Origin: Guillardia theta CCMP2712
Taxonomy: Eukaryota > Protista > Cryptophyta
Length of the DNA stretch: 64,000 nt
Direction of reading: 5' to 3'
Assembly (NCBI RefSeq): GCF_000315625.1
Contig: NW_005434617.1
Span: 417,085 to 481,084, forward strand
Part shown: in pieces, positions 11,601 through 25,100 of the stretch
Layout: each line of letters starts with the position of its first letter
Position numbering within the stretch: position 1 is the first letter of the stretch
Program-made: the position numbers and the translations under genes
Notes under the pieces: generated by a model
What the model saw: only the letters and a program-made list of their open reading frames with translations
Told to the model about the DNA's origin: nothing
Database searches by the model: none

Positions 11601-12600
11601 TAAAGCATTTCGTTTCCAAATCATGTTGACCGACATGGATATTGGCATAGCCACGGGAATAACCTCTTCCTCTATCCATATGCCTGTCATTGTCATTGTA
11701 CTCCTTGACATTCTTATGAAGTTCAGCACGGACAGTTTGAAACATTGAGATCAGCTCCGCCTCCTCGTGATCAGCATCATTCGTTCCTCCAGGCTGACTT
11801 GCGTTCAGGTTCTCTGAAGCTTTCCACATTTCTCTTATGGCAGAACTCGAGTCGTCAAACTGCCTTTGCAAACTGGATTGATGGACAGCATATTGTTCAT
11901 TCAACCATTTCTGAAGATGCTGCTGCTGCGATTCAGCTTGCTGAACCGACTCATGGTCGATTTGAGCCTTTTTGAGAGGGGAGCCCTTGGGATAATTGAT
12001 GTGACACGATATGTTTGTTTGGAGAGGCGCATCATGGTACACGCCCATAGAAACAGATCCATTCGGACGCACCAACTTGTTCATCAGGTTTGCGAAGGTT
12101 TGTCTCAGTATATCTTCGTCGTCGCTCTCCACCAGGGAGCCCTGCAACATAGTCAAAATTGTTGACATCCCTGCAGCAGCGCTGACCGCATCATCATCCA
12201 GAATCACTCTGGTATCCATGCTTGCAGGTACTTGAAATCGAGGTTCCTCTGTGCATAAGTTTTGGTCAGGGCTGAGGGGAGGGCGGGGGGTTGCATCAGC
12301 ATCCGCAGCAGTGCAAACCTTCATCGTCCTTGAGGATCTGAGCGCCATCTCTAAACATTCTATCGAATGGACTGAGGCCAGTGTCGTGAGCAAGGGATGG
12401 ATCATGGCAGATAACACGACACCTCTTGATGAACAGTTCTCTCCGATCCGGTAGAGGCACTGAAATTGGCCTGAGAATCACGTCAGTCCACTTGCAAGAC
12501 AAGTGGCAACGTTACTCTTTGTTGGAGCCTCGTAGAAGATTAGAGAATTTCAGAGGAATTGGTGTCACTTTGGAAGACATCTTTGATTTATATTCGGCCT
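8650..12600 (-). CDS. Large multi-exon hypothetical protein (possibly more than one gene; ends approximate)
   Basis: Long co-oriented ORFs 11464-12417, 10682-11239 and 9576-10532 are separated by intron-sized gaps. Coiled-coil/disordered composition with three EAxGxRPx(S/T)RRGR motifs. Confidence 0.6.
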
Positions 12601-13019
12601 CTCAACTGTAGTTGACAGCCTTCTCTTCACAGATCAACAATAATGCTCATCAGGTTCCCTTGCAATCTGAAGATTCATTATAAGCGGGGTGGGCAGAAAT
12701 CCAAGGCACTCCTCACCAGCAGACGTCCTCAGATGTAAGTGAGGCTTGATCGAAGACTAGACCAGACGGACGAGACGGAATTGATGAAGTCTATCTTGCC
12801 CGGCTCAAGTTCCCTCGCCACAACCCCACTCACTATAAGCAGCTTCACCAGCGCAGGACGGTAAACGATCGTGAGGTCTTCTCTAGCGTGTAGAGATATC
12901 ACACGGCTTACAATCAGATGGCTTTCAGGTTCAAACAATCTCCTCCTCTGCTCTGCTCTCCTCTCCTCCCTTCTCTCTCCTCTCCTCTCCTCTTCCTTTT
13001 TACTCCCTCTGCTACGCTA

Positions 13020-13900
13020 TCCGCCCCTGCCATCCGCCACAAAGGCCCCGCCTTTTGTTCCACCCTACCCTCGTCACAAGTACCCTACCATACTCATTTT
13101 CGTTCACCTTATCGATATACCCGTGGTTTTGTCTGGTGATAACCTCTTCAGAACCCTGTTATGGGGACCACAATAAACCCCCTACCCATGGACTATTGTC
13201 CCCTACCCCACCATTGAAATCATCCAGCAGTACCCACCCAGAATTGGTACTTCTACAATCACCCCCAGTGCTGGAACTACCCCACGACCTTGCTATACCT
13301 ACCCCCGATTTGACGACCCCTAGTTGACCCATCCACTTTTTCACCACCCCCTATCAAAAGGAGCACAAGAAAAGAGTACCCCAATATTTCCCACAATTTG
13401 ACCCCACCTAGCCTAGGTAACCCTTGGACCTACTAGATTCAGCAATACCACCCTCCATGACCCTCTTCAGGAGACTCTCCCACCCACCCCTCGTACCTGC
13501 CACCGTTGGGGACGGCCAGAGGATTTACGAACCCTTAGTACAGTGCAAGGTTTTGAATATATATATTTGTACCACTCAATTTTTATAACATATCAATACA
13601 AATTTTGAAAAGGATCTAAAACTCTAAAACGAATCCCAGTACTACACGAACAAAAGTCCAATAATATGTTGGGGTGGGGTCCATTGGTGTAATTGACAAG
13701 GCAGGGTGATTCTAAGACAAATAAAGGAATGATAAGGGGGGTGGGTTTAAAAAAGAAGGGTGGGGTGATTTCAATCTGTACCATGTATTGAATTTTTACA
13801 ATATTATTTTTGACAGGGACTACCCCTACCCTCATGTGAGATCAAATGAACAAAATCTTGGGGAAAAGTACCCCAGTTCCTACCACCCCCACCCTCAAAG
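13020..13900. promoter_or_regulatory. TACCCC/GGGGTA-word island (C-rich arm, AT core, G-rich arm)
   Basis: Dense TACCC/ACCCC words at 13020-13530, an AT-rich core at ~13550-13670 and GGGGT words at 13670-13870. It lies upstream of the minus-strand gene; a regulatory role is inferred only. Confidence 0.5.
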
Positions 13901-14200
13901 AGTGATATGCCTCTGAATGTTTCAACGAGCATCGTTCCTGATTCAAACCTTTGATCTAACATTGAATTGATCAACAAAAAGTTTTTGAAATCTCATTGGA
14001 GTATTTCGGGATCAACGGTGCCAAACTTGAACGATGGCCCCCTTAAAAGTATTTTTGGGAGCTCTTGGATTCCAGTACAAAGTAAAATTGATTTTTGAAG
14101 AACTTTTTCGGGCCGACCGGTGACCGGCTCGGCAGGCCCGCCGGTCACAGTTGGCCCGAGCAATGGCAACTTGCTTGAACTTTCATAGTACTCCGAGTCT

Positions 14201-14307
14201 TTACTCAAAGTTAAGTTAAAGATCAGCACGAGGACAATCAGGAGAGTCGAGGAGGCTTGACCCTGACACTGTCGCACTGAGTCAAGCCTCCTCTCCTTTA
14301 ACTTAAC
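14201..14307 (+). repeat. Dispersed repeat copy B with local fold-back
   Basis: 52-nt identity to copy A, followed by GTCAAGCCTCCTCTCCTTTAACTTAAC, the reverse complement of parts of the preceding sequence. Confidence 0.85.
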
Positions 14308-14578
14308 TCAGTAACTTCAGCCTGAGTGGCAAGTCATGACCGTGTGGCATGGCGGATCGGATGAATGCCATCCGATGATCCGATGATCCGATGATCGGCA
14401 GCCGCACTCAGTGTCGCCGGGCCGCCCGGCGACCGGACCGTTCTGAGTGACAACTTGAGCCTCGGAGGTCGTACGGCATGGCAGCGGCGCTGACCAGGTT
14501 GAAGAGACGAGTCACGCTTGCTGGTAAATCTACAGGAAAAGAAGCAAACGAGCTGAGAACTTACTGACCGTCGTGGCC

Positions 14579-14752
14579 TCATCGACCTGACTCTGAGCTA
14601 CGGCTAGACTCTGACAGTCGGGGTCCGCCGATTACGGGAGATTGCTGTTGTTGCTGCTCCAAGCCCTCACTCCCACGCAAGCCTCCCCTTGTCCTCTCGC
14701 CGGTGTGCAGCAAGCCTTGCAACCCCCTGTCCTGCTGCTTCTGTACCCCTTC

Positions 14753-14785
<33 letters not shown>

Positions 14786-14961
14786 CTGTACCGCTTGTTG
14801 TTGTTCCTGCTGCTGTACTCCTTGCTGTTCCTGCTGCTGCTGCTGTACCGCTTGTTGCTGTTGTTGTTGTTCCTGCTGCTGTACCCCTTGTTGCTGCTGC
14901 TGCGGCATCTGCTGCTGCTGCGGCATCTGCTGCTGCTGCGGCATCTGCTGCTGCTGCGGCA

Positions 14962-14996
<35 letters not shown>

Positions 14997-15137
14997 GGCA
15001 TCTGCTGCTGCTGCTGCTGCGGCATCTGCTGCTGCTGCTGCGGCATCTGCTGCTGCTGCTGTACAGATTGTTGCAGTTGCTGCTGCTGCTGCTGCTGTAC
15101 CCCTGGTTGTTGTTCCTGCTGCTGTTGCTGTACAGCT

Positions 15138-15209
<72 letters not shown>

Positions 15210-15210
15210 A

Positions 15211-15242
<32 letters not shown>

Positions 15243-15335
15243 ATCTGCTGCTGCTGCTGCTGCATCTGCTGCTGCTGCTGCTGCAGCTGAATCTGCTGCA
15301 TCTGCGTCTGCTGCTGCTGCTGCACCCCTTGTTGT

Positions 15336-15427
<92 letters not shown>

Positions 15428-15431
15428 TTGT

Positions 15432-15479
<48 letters not shown>

Positions 15480-15681
15480 ACAGCTTGTTGCAGTTGTTGT
15501 TGCGGCTGCTGCTGCTGTGAGCTCAGCAATATCTGCTGCTTCTCCCCGCCATCACTCAAGCTTCCCCCTACCCCTGAATGTAGCGGAGCCGAGACTGCCA
15601 CACCCTGCTGCTGCTGCTGCTGCTGTACAGCTTGTTGCAGTTGCTGCTGCTGCTGCTGCTGCTGCTGTACAGCTTGTTGCA

Positions 15682-15712
<31 letters not shown>

Positions 15713-15726
15713 TACAGCTTGTTGCA

Positions 15727-15757
<31 letters not shown>

Positions 15758-15824
15758 TACAGCTTGTTGCTGCTGCTGCTGCTGCTGTACAGCTTGTTGT
15801 TGCTGCTGCTGCTGCTGTACAGCT

Positions 15825-15887
<63 letters not shown>

Positions 15888-17422
15888 ACAGCTTGTTGCA
15901 GTTGCTGCTGCTGAAGCTGCATCTGCTGCTGCTGTACAGCCTGCTGCTCTTGGTGTGGATGATGCATCTGCATCTGCTGCTGCTCCCCACCATCGCGCAA
16001 GCCATCCCCTGCACCAGACTGCCTCGAGGCTAGAACTCCCATACTGCTGCCCTCGCGCAGCCCTCCTGCAGCACCTGAGCTTGAGGCGGCTCCACCCTCC
16101 TGCTCCACGTGCTTCCCGATCGTTCTGTCAAGTTCGCCTGCCATTGGCCCGGAGCTCCTGACAGCCACGCTTCCTCCAGCACCAGCAGATTTCTCCTCCT
16201 GCTGAACCCCCCCCGTCTCTGCACTGCCTCTCCCCTCCTGGCTGCTCGCAGACCGTCCGCTCTCCGCGCTACTCACCTCTGCAACGTGCTGCGGCCTGTG
16301 CCTGATGCTTGGGACCTGTGCCGCGTCCTCACTCGTTCCCGCCGACTCAGTTGGATTTTCAGTTCCTGCTGGGAGTTTCACACCAACGGGTTTCAGCCCC
16401 TGCAAGGAAGAAGCGCGGCTGCTCCGCTTCCTCACAAGCGGGGAGACAAGAAGGTACCTGAGGTCAGCTTGTGATGCAGGTGACTCAGCAGCCCGTTGGT
16501 GAGGGAGGCATACGTCTTGGCGTTGGACACGTTGACTGAAGGAGCCTGTCAGTGCTGTACGCGCTAGGAAGGACGGGGGAAGAACCTCGCGCTAGATCTC
16601 CTCGCAGCAGGTCGAAGACGGAGAGCAGCTCCTCGTGGTCCACCAGGTTGTCAACGTTCTTGTCGGCCATGGCAAAGATGATTTGCAGGGCCTCCGCGTC
16701 CTGACGACCAGCACCGAAGTGCAGCTGCAGAGAAGAGGGGAACATCAGGGCCGAGCACGAGTAGGAGCACGGCATGTTACTTGAAAACTTCCTTGGCTGA
16801 TCCCTGCGCTCCCGTCGTTCATCTCCCCGAAGAATCGCTTGCACAGCAACCTGAAGGAGCAGGAGCAGTCAGAACTTCACTTCCCTCCGTGCTCATCATG
16901 ACGTACGTCTGCTCCTCTGCCGTTAGCGTGTTGACGTGCGCGAAGGACTGGCCCTGGAACGACGTGAGGACGACAGGTAGGAGGAGGAGAAGGACGAGAA
17001 GGAGGAGGAAGAGGACAAGAAGCAGCAGCATGGTGGTGGTAGTGGTGGAGGAGCAGAAGGCTGACCTCGCATGACGACGCTACTTTGCCTTGTGTCGGGC
17101 TCACTATGTTCATGTAACCATGCGACTCTGTCCTCCGGGTGTTGCTGGAACAAGAACGGCAGAAGAACTTTGAGGACTTTGCATGCACTGAGAGACTGGT
17201 GGCCTTGGGGTAAGAGCAGATGCCGTCCTCATAGCGAAAGTATTCACAAGTGCTGCTCTCCTGACATAGCCTGCGCCACGCCCATGAGTGAAGGTGGTAG
17301 AAGAGGAAAAGGGAAGGGGAAGCAGAGGGCGGCGAAATTGTGGAGAACGAGGGGTGGTTGTAGTAGATGCACGATACAGGAGGAGGAGGAGGAGGTGGTG
17401 GTGGTGGTGGTGGTGGTGGTGG

Positions 17423-17461
<39 letters not shown>

Positions 17462-17465
17462 CGAC

Positions 17466-17507
<42 letters not shown>

Positions 17508-19475
17508 AACGGTTTCAAGTCACCTGCAGCACTGTAACATGGTCTCGGCTGTTCCTCGGATAATCCCAACATTCTCCGACATGATACGAGAATACTTCTG
17601 GTCCATGTACCTCGCAAACGCCCCGACGATGAATCGGTCGCAAGTCCACGTGCACCCGCACTGAGAGTCGAGAGGGTCGTGCGTGCTGCGATGGTCTGAC
17701 CTCTCATCGACAGGCGCGACGCTCGCGTTCCAGACGTGAGACGAGTCGTGGACAGCGATGCTGTCCGCTGGGTCCCCGGGGGGGAGGATGATCACGTCCG
17801 ACGAGGAGTTGGGGGAGGTTTCTGCAGCCAAGGACGCGTTCTCATGCGCGCCTGACCGCAGGCCGGACGGGAAGGACTGAGGGAGGACACAGCTGACCGT
17901 CATGTAGAAGTTGGACGTGCACCTCTTGGCGATAAACTCTGAGATCAGTGAGCCTCCTCTGCTGATCTCTGGGTTGAGGTGGAACTTGTGCTGGTAGTCC
18001 ACGTTGTACCTTATGGGCATCTCCCCGTCTGAGGTGCTCTCGATGTGGTGAGTCACCAGCACCGTTCTCAGCTTGCGGAAGTTCTCAGCTGGGTACACGC
18101 TGGAGATCCAGTCGTCCATCCACCAGTCCATGAGCACGGGGGGGTAGTGGACCCCGAAGATGTGCAGGTGCGTGACGTGCACGAAGTCATGTGTCAGGAT
18201 CCTCTCGTTCCCTTCCCGGCACGTGGGTCCCACCACCCCCACGTTGGGAGGCTTAAAGGAGAGCAGAGTACGGATGTAGGACGAGGTCCACGCGGTTCTG
18301 AACTCAGTGTCGTCGTTGATGCGGTAGATGTAGTCTGCCCCGTCCAGAGCCGCCGAGGAGGAGAGAAAGTTGAAGACGGGGCCTGGCTTCTTCAGCAAGT
18401 TCTCAAACCCCAGCACGGCTAGTTGCATCTCGACTCCGCGCTGGAGGTTGGGGTTGCGGATTTGGGTTTCGAAGTGAACCTTGATCTGCTGGAGGACCTG
18501 CTGGTTGTCGAAGAACAAGTCCCCCACGTCATACCCCATGTACACCGCATAGTCATACCCCAGCTCGGCCGTCTGGCTGATCGACGGGAGGCAGAACCTG
18601 ATCAGAGGGACCTCTTCGATGCCCTTCCAGCGGAAACCATGGGAAGTGACAGGGATGAGAACGGCGACACGGGGGAACTTGACTCCTGTCCTCTCCCTCC
18701 ACATCGCCCTCTTCTTCCTCCTCGCTGCCTCCCAGATCCCTTCCGTTGTGATAGAGAAGGGCAGGTTTATCCGTCTCGACCTCGAGAACCAGCTCCCCGT
18801 CTCCTTGCTCGCCTGCAGCTGCACAGCGCTGGCGTCGCACCCCACGCTCGTGAAGCAGTCGCAGTTGAGGCTGGTCCACTCCTCCTGCAGCGATTTGGGC
18901 AGCCACCCCCACGACCGACCGGGGAGGACGCTATACTTCTTCTCCATGTCCTTGCACTTGGTCCCTGCCCCCTGGTTACTCAGTACGCTTCTTTTCTCGT
19001 CCAGGAGCTCATCGCAACGAAGGTCCCTCCACAGTCTCTTCTCCTCCTGCGGCTGGGAGGAATGTCCCCGCATCCGCTGCTTCCTCCACAGGCTGTCAAG
19101 GTTGCGGCATCGCTGCTTGTCGCGACTAAATTCGTCCTTGTCCTGCACCACCCGAGTCCTCGAGCTCCAGGAGTCGAGGCCTTTGGACTCTCCCGTTTCG
19201 ATCTGACTGTGGAAGGAGAAGTGTAACGTCGTCACAAATATGATGACGAACAAGAGCAGCGTGTACAAGTTCGATCGGCAGGGGTAGAAGATACAGCTCA
19301 ACAGTTCTGACGTGAACACGGCACAAGTAGCAAACGCGTCCTGCATGCATTCCTCCACGTCGGTGGAGTCTGGATCTATCGCTCTCTTCATAGATCCTCG
19401 CTCAGGTTTCTTCACCTTCCTCACCTGCCTCGGCTGCATCAGCAGCTTCGGCTGAAACTTCTTGGGTTTCTCCAT
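14579..19475 (-). CDS. Type II membrane GT-A-fold glycosyltransferase-like protein with PAN-like Cys module, EF-hands and polyQ tail
   Basis: TM segment LYTLLLFVIIFVTTLHF. GT motifs RVAVLIPVTS, YIYRINDDTEF, GVVGP, THDFVH and WWMDDW. GT-AG splicing by eye continues in frame through CCRLCQESSTCEYF and FAMADKNVDNLVDHEEL into the 14579-16435 polyQ frame. Confidence 0.75.
14735..15985 (-). repeat. ~1.25-kb interrupted CAG repeat
   Basis: (CTG)n on the + strand with recurring interruptions that read AV, GV, MP, L and E on the - strand. Confidence 0.97.
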
Positions 19476-20072
19476 GCTCGAAACGGTTCCAACCCTTGAA
19501 CTCGGCCCTCCCCGTGCAGTCAAGGCATGAGCTTCAGCTCCTCCTCCTCCTCCTCATCGTCGCATCTTCCAGTCCCTAGTCGGTCCAACTCTCTCCCCTC
19601 ACTTCCTCGAGCTCTCCCCCCCACCCCCTTCCCTCCCATAGCTCCATGCCACCACGCCATCGCAAACGATGTGGCGAGGATGAGTGGGGATGAGGGCTAC
19701 ATAGCGCCTTTTGTGTACGGGCATGAAGGGGATGAGGGTGAAGATGTTTCAGTCAATTCTGAAGTGAACACCGCGATGGCTACGCATGTGCGGGGCGGGA
19801 CGGGGGGAGGAGGAGGAGGAGGGGGAAAGGGAGAGGGAGGGAAGGATAACGATGGCATGGGGAAGAAGGATAAGAAGAGATGTGTTGGGGTAGGAAGCCA
19901 AGAGAGGACAGCAAGCCGTAGAGCTCAAGTAGACGAGGGTTTAGGGGAGGAATGGGCGTGGCATGGCAACAAGATGCGAGTTATGGCACAGACAAGAAGG
20001 GGGAGGAGAGGAAGGAGCGACGAGGAGCAACTTTCTTTGGTTCTGACCTCTTGCTTGTCAAGACCCGTTCCC

Positions 20073-22122
20073 ATGCCACGAGACTACTATGAAGTGCTCG
20101 GGGTTCAGAAGAGTGCGGAAAAGCGGGACATCGAAAAAGCGTACTGAAGCACTGACCTGTTCTGGATGGCGGTAAAAGTCTTGCAGGTACAAGAAGTTAG
20201 CGTTAAAATGGCACCCGGACAAGAATCCTGATCGTCCTCAGCATGCCGAGGTAGAGAGCACGTGGAGCTTTCTTCAAATCAACTCAAACATTGAATGCAG
20301 AAAATGTTCAAGGAGATCAACGAGGCGTATCAGGTGGGCGGCAGCTGGATATGTCGATGCATCATGGCTGATCATGTCGCCTCCATCAGATCCTCACCGA
20401 CGACCAGAAGAGAGCTCGATACGATCAGTTCGGACACGAAGGCGCCAACATGGGAATGGGTGGAGGCGCTAGGCATGGAGGGATGTACGCGCAGGAGTAC
20501 GTGGAAGCTGCTGATGCGAGAGAGGAGCGTGTGACATGCTGTGTGGCAGGATGAGACCAGAAGATCTCTTCAACTTCTTCGACCACATGGGTTCTGGTGC
20601 GACTCCCCTCCACGTCATCTCACTTTCCCCCTCCTTCCTTGTCCTCCTCCTCTTCCCTCCCCTCTCCCGCCACCCGCAGCATCGTCGACCGTCACCGACT
20701 GCTTTCAGGCTTTGCCTTCGGTCCTGGCGTGCATTTCCGGTTTGGGCCTGGAGGAGCTCGTTACTATCACGGTTTGAACTGCACCTGAGCTTGAAGTCCT
20801 TGACACTTTTCTTTTGTCTTGCTGTTGTTTTTCCATGCGATGTTGTGTACTGGTTGCTTCTTTCTGCCTTCCTCTTGTTGTTGCAGCAAGAGGTAACACC
20901 TGTTGTCTGATGCCAGTGATTGTTGTCTGATGTCTGACTTTTGGCTGCCTTCAAGTGTGATTGTGTTACCGAAATCGTAATTTTGTGTTTTTGTGGTGTT
21001 CAGGATCGACAAGGAGACAGGCGCCTCAACAGCCTGATAGCACTTTTGGACTTTTGCAGGTCAGTTGTCCTCACCTCCATCTTCATCTTCATCTTCATCT
21101 TCATCTTCATCTTCATCTTCACTTTTCCTCTGCCTCTTCATCTTCATCTTCATCTTTGTCCATCTTCCATCCTTTGTGTCACTACCTTATACACCTTGTT
21201 GCTGACTGCTTTCTCAGCTGATGCCGATCTTGTTGATGTTCCTCTTCATGTTCAGCAATTTCTCAACCAACGAGAAATCTTCGACAGCCTCCCAGGTTCT
21301 GCTCGACATCAAAACGACAACCTTCTTGACCTCCCGTAGTTCACGTTTGAGAGAGATTCCATCCACATTGTGAAGCGAAGCTCTTCCATGCGAGGAGTTC
21401 CATACTACGTCAGACCAGCCTTCGAGAGTGCGGTAGATACATTGCTCTCCTCTCCTCTCCACTCGCCTCGTCCCGTCCGCAGTCCTGCTTCGCTGTGCAG
21501 TGCTCTGCTCTGCTCTTCTCTGCTCCCCTATGCTTTCCTGTCCTTTGCTCTTCCATGCTCTCTTCTGTGCTCCTCTGCTCTGCTCCTCCATCTCCTCCCC
21601 CTCCCAACTCTCTTCTCCCCTTTACTCTTCACGCTCGTTTGCTCACATGCTTGCTGTAGATGCATGCTCGCTTCGGGGATCGATCACACTGGATGGAAGA
21701 GTTTGACGTGCGTTCCTCCTGGTGCTCCTTGTGCTCCTGAGAAAACTTGTGGCAGGTGCGGGTGGAGGCAGACTATCACGCGAAGCTGCGGAAAGATTGC
21801 GATGCGGAGACGAAGAAGAGGGAGAAGCAGATGAAGGTGCAGAGAGTGGAGCATGAAGGATGCAAGGGAGAATTGGATGGGGGGAGAGGGAAGGGAGAGA
21901 AGGGAGGAGAGGAGGGAAGGAAGTTGAGGGAGGGGAGGAGGGGAGGGAGTTGAGGGGATGAAGAGAGGAGAAGGAGCTGACTTGGTCGGCAGTCGGCGAT
22001 GGTGAGTGAGAGCGTCGAGGAGATGAAGAAATCATTCTCCGACACGATGCCCAGCTGCGAGAAGCTCTACGATGTCTTTGGGGATTTTTACTGATAGTCG
22101 TCATGCTACGAGTGTTAACTAG
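20073..22122 (+). CDS. DnaJ protein, DNAJB12/B14-like (J domain, TM, DUF1977-like C-terminus)
   Basis: DYYEVLGV..YKKLALKWHPDKNP..FKEINEAYQ..KRARYDQFG, then TM LMPILLMFLFMFS, then GVPYYVRPAF..VEADY..LRKDC..MPSCEKL. Upstream exons from ~19680 are possible. Confidence 0.88.
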
Positions 22123-22124
22123 AA

Positions 22125-25100
22125 TCATGGTCTTCCTGCTCTGCTTGCCCGGCCAGCTCGAGGAGGTTCAGATCTGTGGAGCCTCCCCTGCCCCCCTCCC
22201 CTCCTGCATGAAGGAATTTCGCCAGCCCCTGCACATGCTGCGAGTTGAGGAGAGCAGCGTCGGCAGGCAGAGCTTACCTGTAGGAGGACAACCACTGGCC
22301 GAACTCTCCCGACGATCCCAACCATCTGCGTCGAGCCATCACTCGAGAGCTACCAGGTCTGCCCACCTACATGTCCAGCTGATGCCGCCATGGGGGCCGA
22401 CGATATGGAGACTATCACGCTGAGCTCAGTAGGAGAGCAGGAGCAGGAGAGGAAGCGGGACGGGGAAAGTGACGATTGAGAGGGGATAGTTGTAGAGGAG
22501 GAACAGCAGCAGCAGCACCCGCAGCAGGTGGGGGGGGGGGGGGAAGGGGCAGCAGCAGCAGCAGACCTCCTGTGGGCGAAACAAGGACATGGGACGACAA
22601 GGTTTTCTCGCGCTGCAACAAGATGAGAAGAAGAAGGAGCTGAGAACTTGTTACATGTCATACTGCCTTGCCCCCGACGGGTAGAAACATCCTTCCCCAG
22701 CTGTAGCGTTACAGTCTGCAACTCTCTTGATGCCAACCTGCCATTCTCTCATACTCAGTAGACACTTGCCTCCTCCTCCTCGTTCGCCTCTCCTCTCTCC
22801 TCCTCTCTCCTCTCTCCTCCACTTGTCCTCCACCTCGCTCCTCCTCTCCTCTCTTCTCCTCTTCCTCCTCCTCCTCACATCAAGCCCGAACTCCTTCTCC
22901 AATGAGTCGCCGTAGACGCGTCGACGCACAGCTCGCCTGCCGACAGGTTTAGGAGGGTCAAGAGGCGTCTGCGAGGACCTCGAGTAGAAGTGATCGATGG
23001 CTGAGGCTAGCGGGAGGTTGGCGGGGGACCTGAAGCGTCTTCAGCGACCGATGGGAGGGGAGGGATAGCTGACGGCTCGAAGGGAGGAACCATGCTGCCC
23101 TCCACTTGCGGGAAGACGTCGGGGATCGTTTCCTAGGTCGAGCTGGCGTCAGGGGCGAGGGAGAGGCAGGTTTCTCAGCTGCTGTGTCACCTGCCAGCGG
23201 CTCAAAGCATCTTCCCTGGTCAACAGCAGACTCACAACGTCTTCAGACCTGCGCTGCAACATCAGCGCCACGTGTCTACAACGAGCTCATGCTCGGATAA
23301 AGCACCATCTGTTCCCCCATACCCCTCTAATTCCTGCTCCATGCTCGCATGTCTCTCTGCTATGTGTTCTACCTCTCCCCCTTCCCCCTCTCCTCCCGTT
23401 TTGTCATCGTTCTGCTCTTTTTGCTTCCTAGAAGCCTCTCCACATCTGATCTGATCTCATCTCATCTCATCGCATCGCATCTCGTCTCATCTCGTTCTCT
23501 CATCTTCCACGCTTCTCTTCTTCACCTTCCCGACGCGACCAGACCGAGGTACAAGATGTTGTACTTGGTCTGCAGCACTTGCTGAAGCACTCCGATCTGA
23601 AGGTTGCACCTGCAGCACGTGAGAGGAGACGAGGAGGAAGAGGAGACAGGCACGGGTCTGAGGTCGTGCAGTTCTTGACGTAAGACTGGAAGCTGAACGC
23701 GTCTACTCGGACTGTTTGCGGGAAGATTGTGACGAGACCAGTCGCTGCTTCGACCTGCCAGTAACCTCAGACGAGGAGACGGAGAAGGAAGGGAGGACGG
23801 GAGCGATGCGAGTACCGTTGCGCTGGTCAGCAGGGCGTCAAAGCGAAGCTGTGGCATGGTGATGTTCCAGAAGAGGTCGGCTCGAAGAGTTGGAGTCTCA
23901 GCAGAGACGGCATTGTTCTCCTGCTCGCGCGCTCATCTTCCAGCATTCTTCATCCTCACTCACCATCGCAGACCCGAGCAGCCCGTCAGAGGACGTCACC
24001 ACAGCTCCCAGCACCGAGCAGGTGCCCCCGCTGCAGTCTTGAGCCATGGCGGTCACGAGGGTCTGATCCACCCACATGTCCCTCCCGTTGGCTTGAGGCT
24101 CATCAGCAGCAGGTCGCAGGAGGCGACGCGTTACATTTGTTGGCGGCAAACTGCTCGAAGAAGCACAACTCGTAGGCGCAGGCGGACGATGACCTGCGAT
24201 GAGCGTCAGGCATGGGGGGGCTCGCGTGCGAGTCACTTGGACGCGAGCTTCCTCTGCTGGCAGCACTGCATGTCTGCCGTGAACGCGTCGAGGCCCTGGC
24301 TCATCCGGTACTCGATGCCTGCGAGGGACGTCAGGCGCTCGACCGGAGGAGGAGCAAGAGGCGTCACAGCATTCAATGTCGGCTGCCAGCTGCGACTCGC
24401 CGTTGAGTTGCCGTCTGAAGGAGATGCAGCAAGACATGAAGGCGCTCTCGTAGCCCTAGTTGACATGCTCACTAGACCTCTCAGCCATCGAGCTCGTTAC
24501 ATTCGCCGGAGATGCCCCGAAGAGAATATTTGTACATAAACTCGTGCAGTTTGGCAGCATGTTGCAGACAGTCATGCAGTCAGGGAACTTGGTTGCCTGC
24601 CTCATTGTGAGCACAACACAACAGCAGTCGTGCCAGACCGTAGAGCACTCTGGAGGATTGAAGTTGGGATCTTCACAGATAGTGCAAGCTCTGTCAGGCT
24701 CGCGTCAACCGCAAGATAGACGAGGGTAGCGAGCACTTGTTGCCGTTTGCCTGGGGAGCGATGTTGAATGCTGTGCAACCCGCGCCGTACTGCTGGAAGA
24801 CCTGAGGAGGATGCTCAATATCAGCACGAGCACAGGCAGCTACCAGACTTGGAAGGACTGATCCAGCATCGAGTAGATTCTTGTTGCTATGGCCGAAGGA
24901 AACAGTGAGGGCCTGGGATATGGTTGCGTGAGAGCTGGAGGTAGCAGATGGTAGAGTCTCATACACATGGTTGCATCTGTATTCGCATGTCTGCGAGACG
25001 GAGTTCCAAGAGCAGGCACGAGTGAACGTCTGGGAGGAGTGAGAGGAGGCAAGAGAAGGAGCAAGTGTCGTCACAGTGGAGTAGATCGCAGCGAGGTCGG

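Noticed and set aside
13020-13900. Interstitial telomere repeats
   Set aside because: No tandem array of a fixed unit such as TTTAGGG or TTAGGG; the words are dispersed.
14642-16161. Long poly-Leu, poly-Ala, poly-Cys and poly-Ser ORFs
   Set aside because: Alternative frames of the CAG/CTG repeat.
17071-17664. Poly-Met/Val ORF
   Set aside because: Antisense reading of an intronic (CAT)n/(CAC)n microsatellite.
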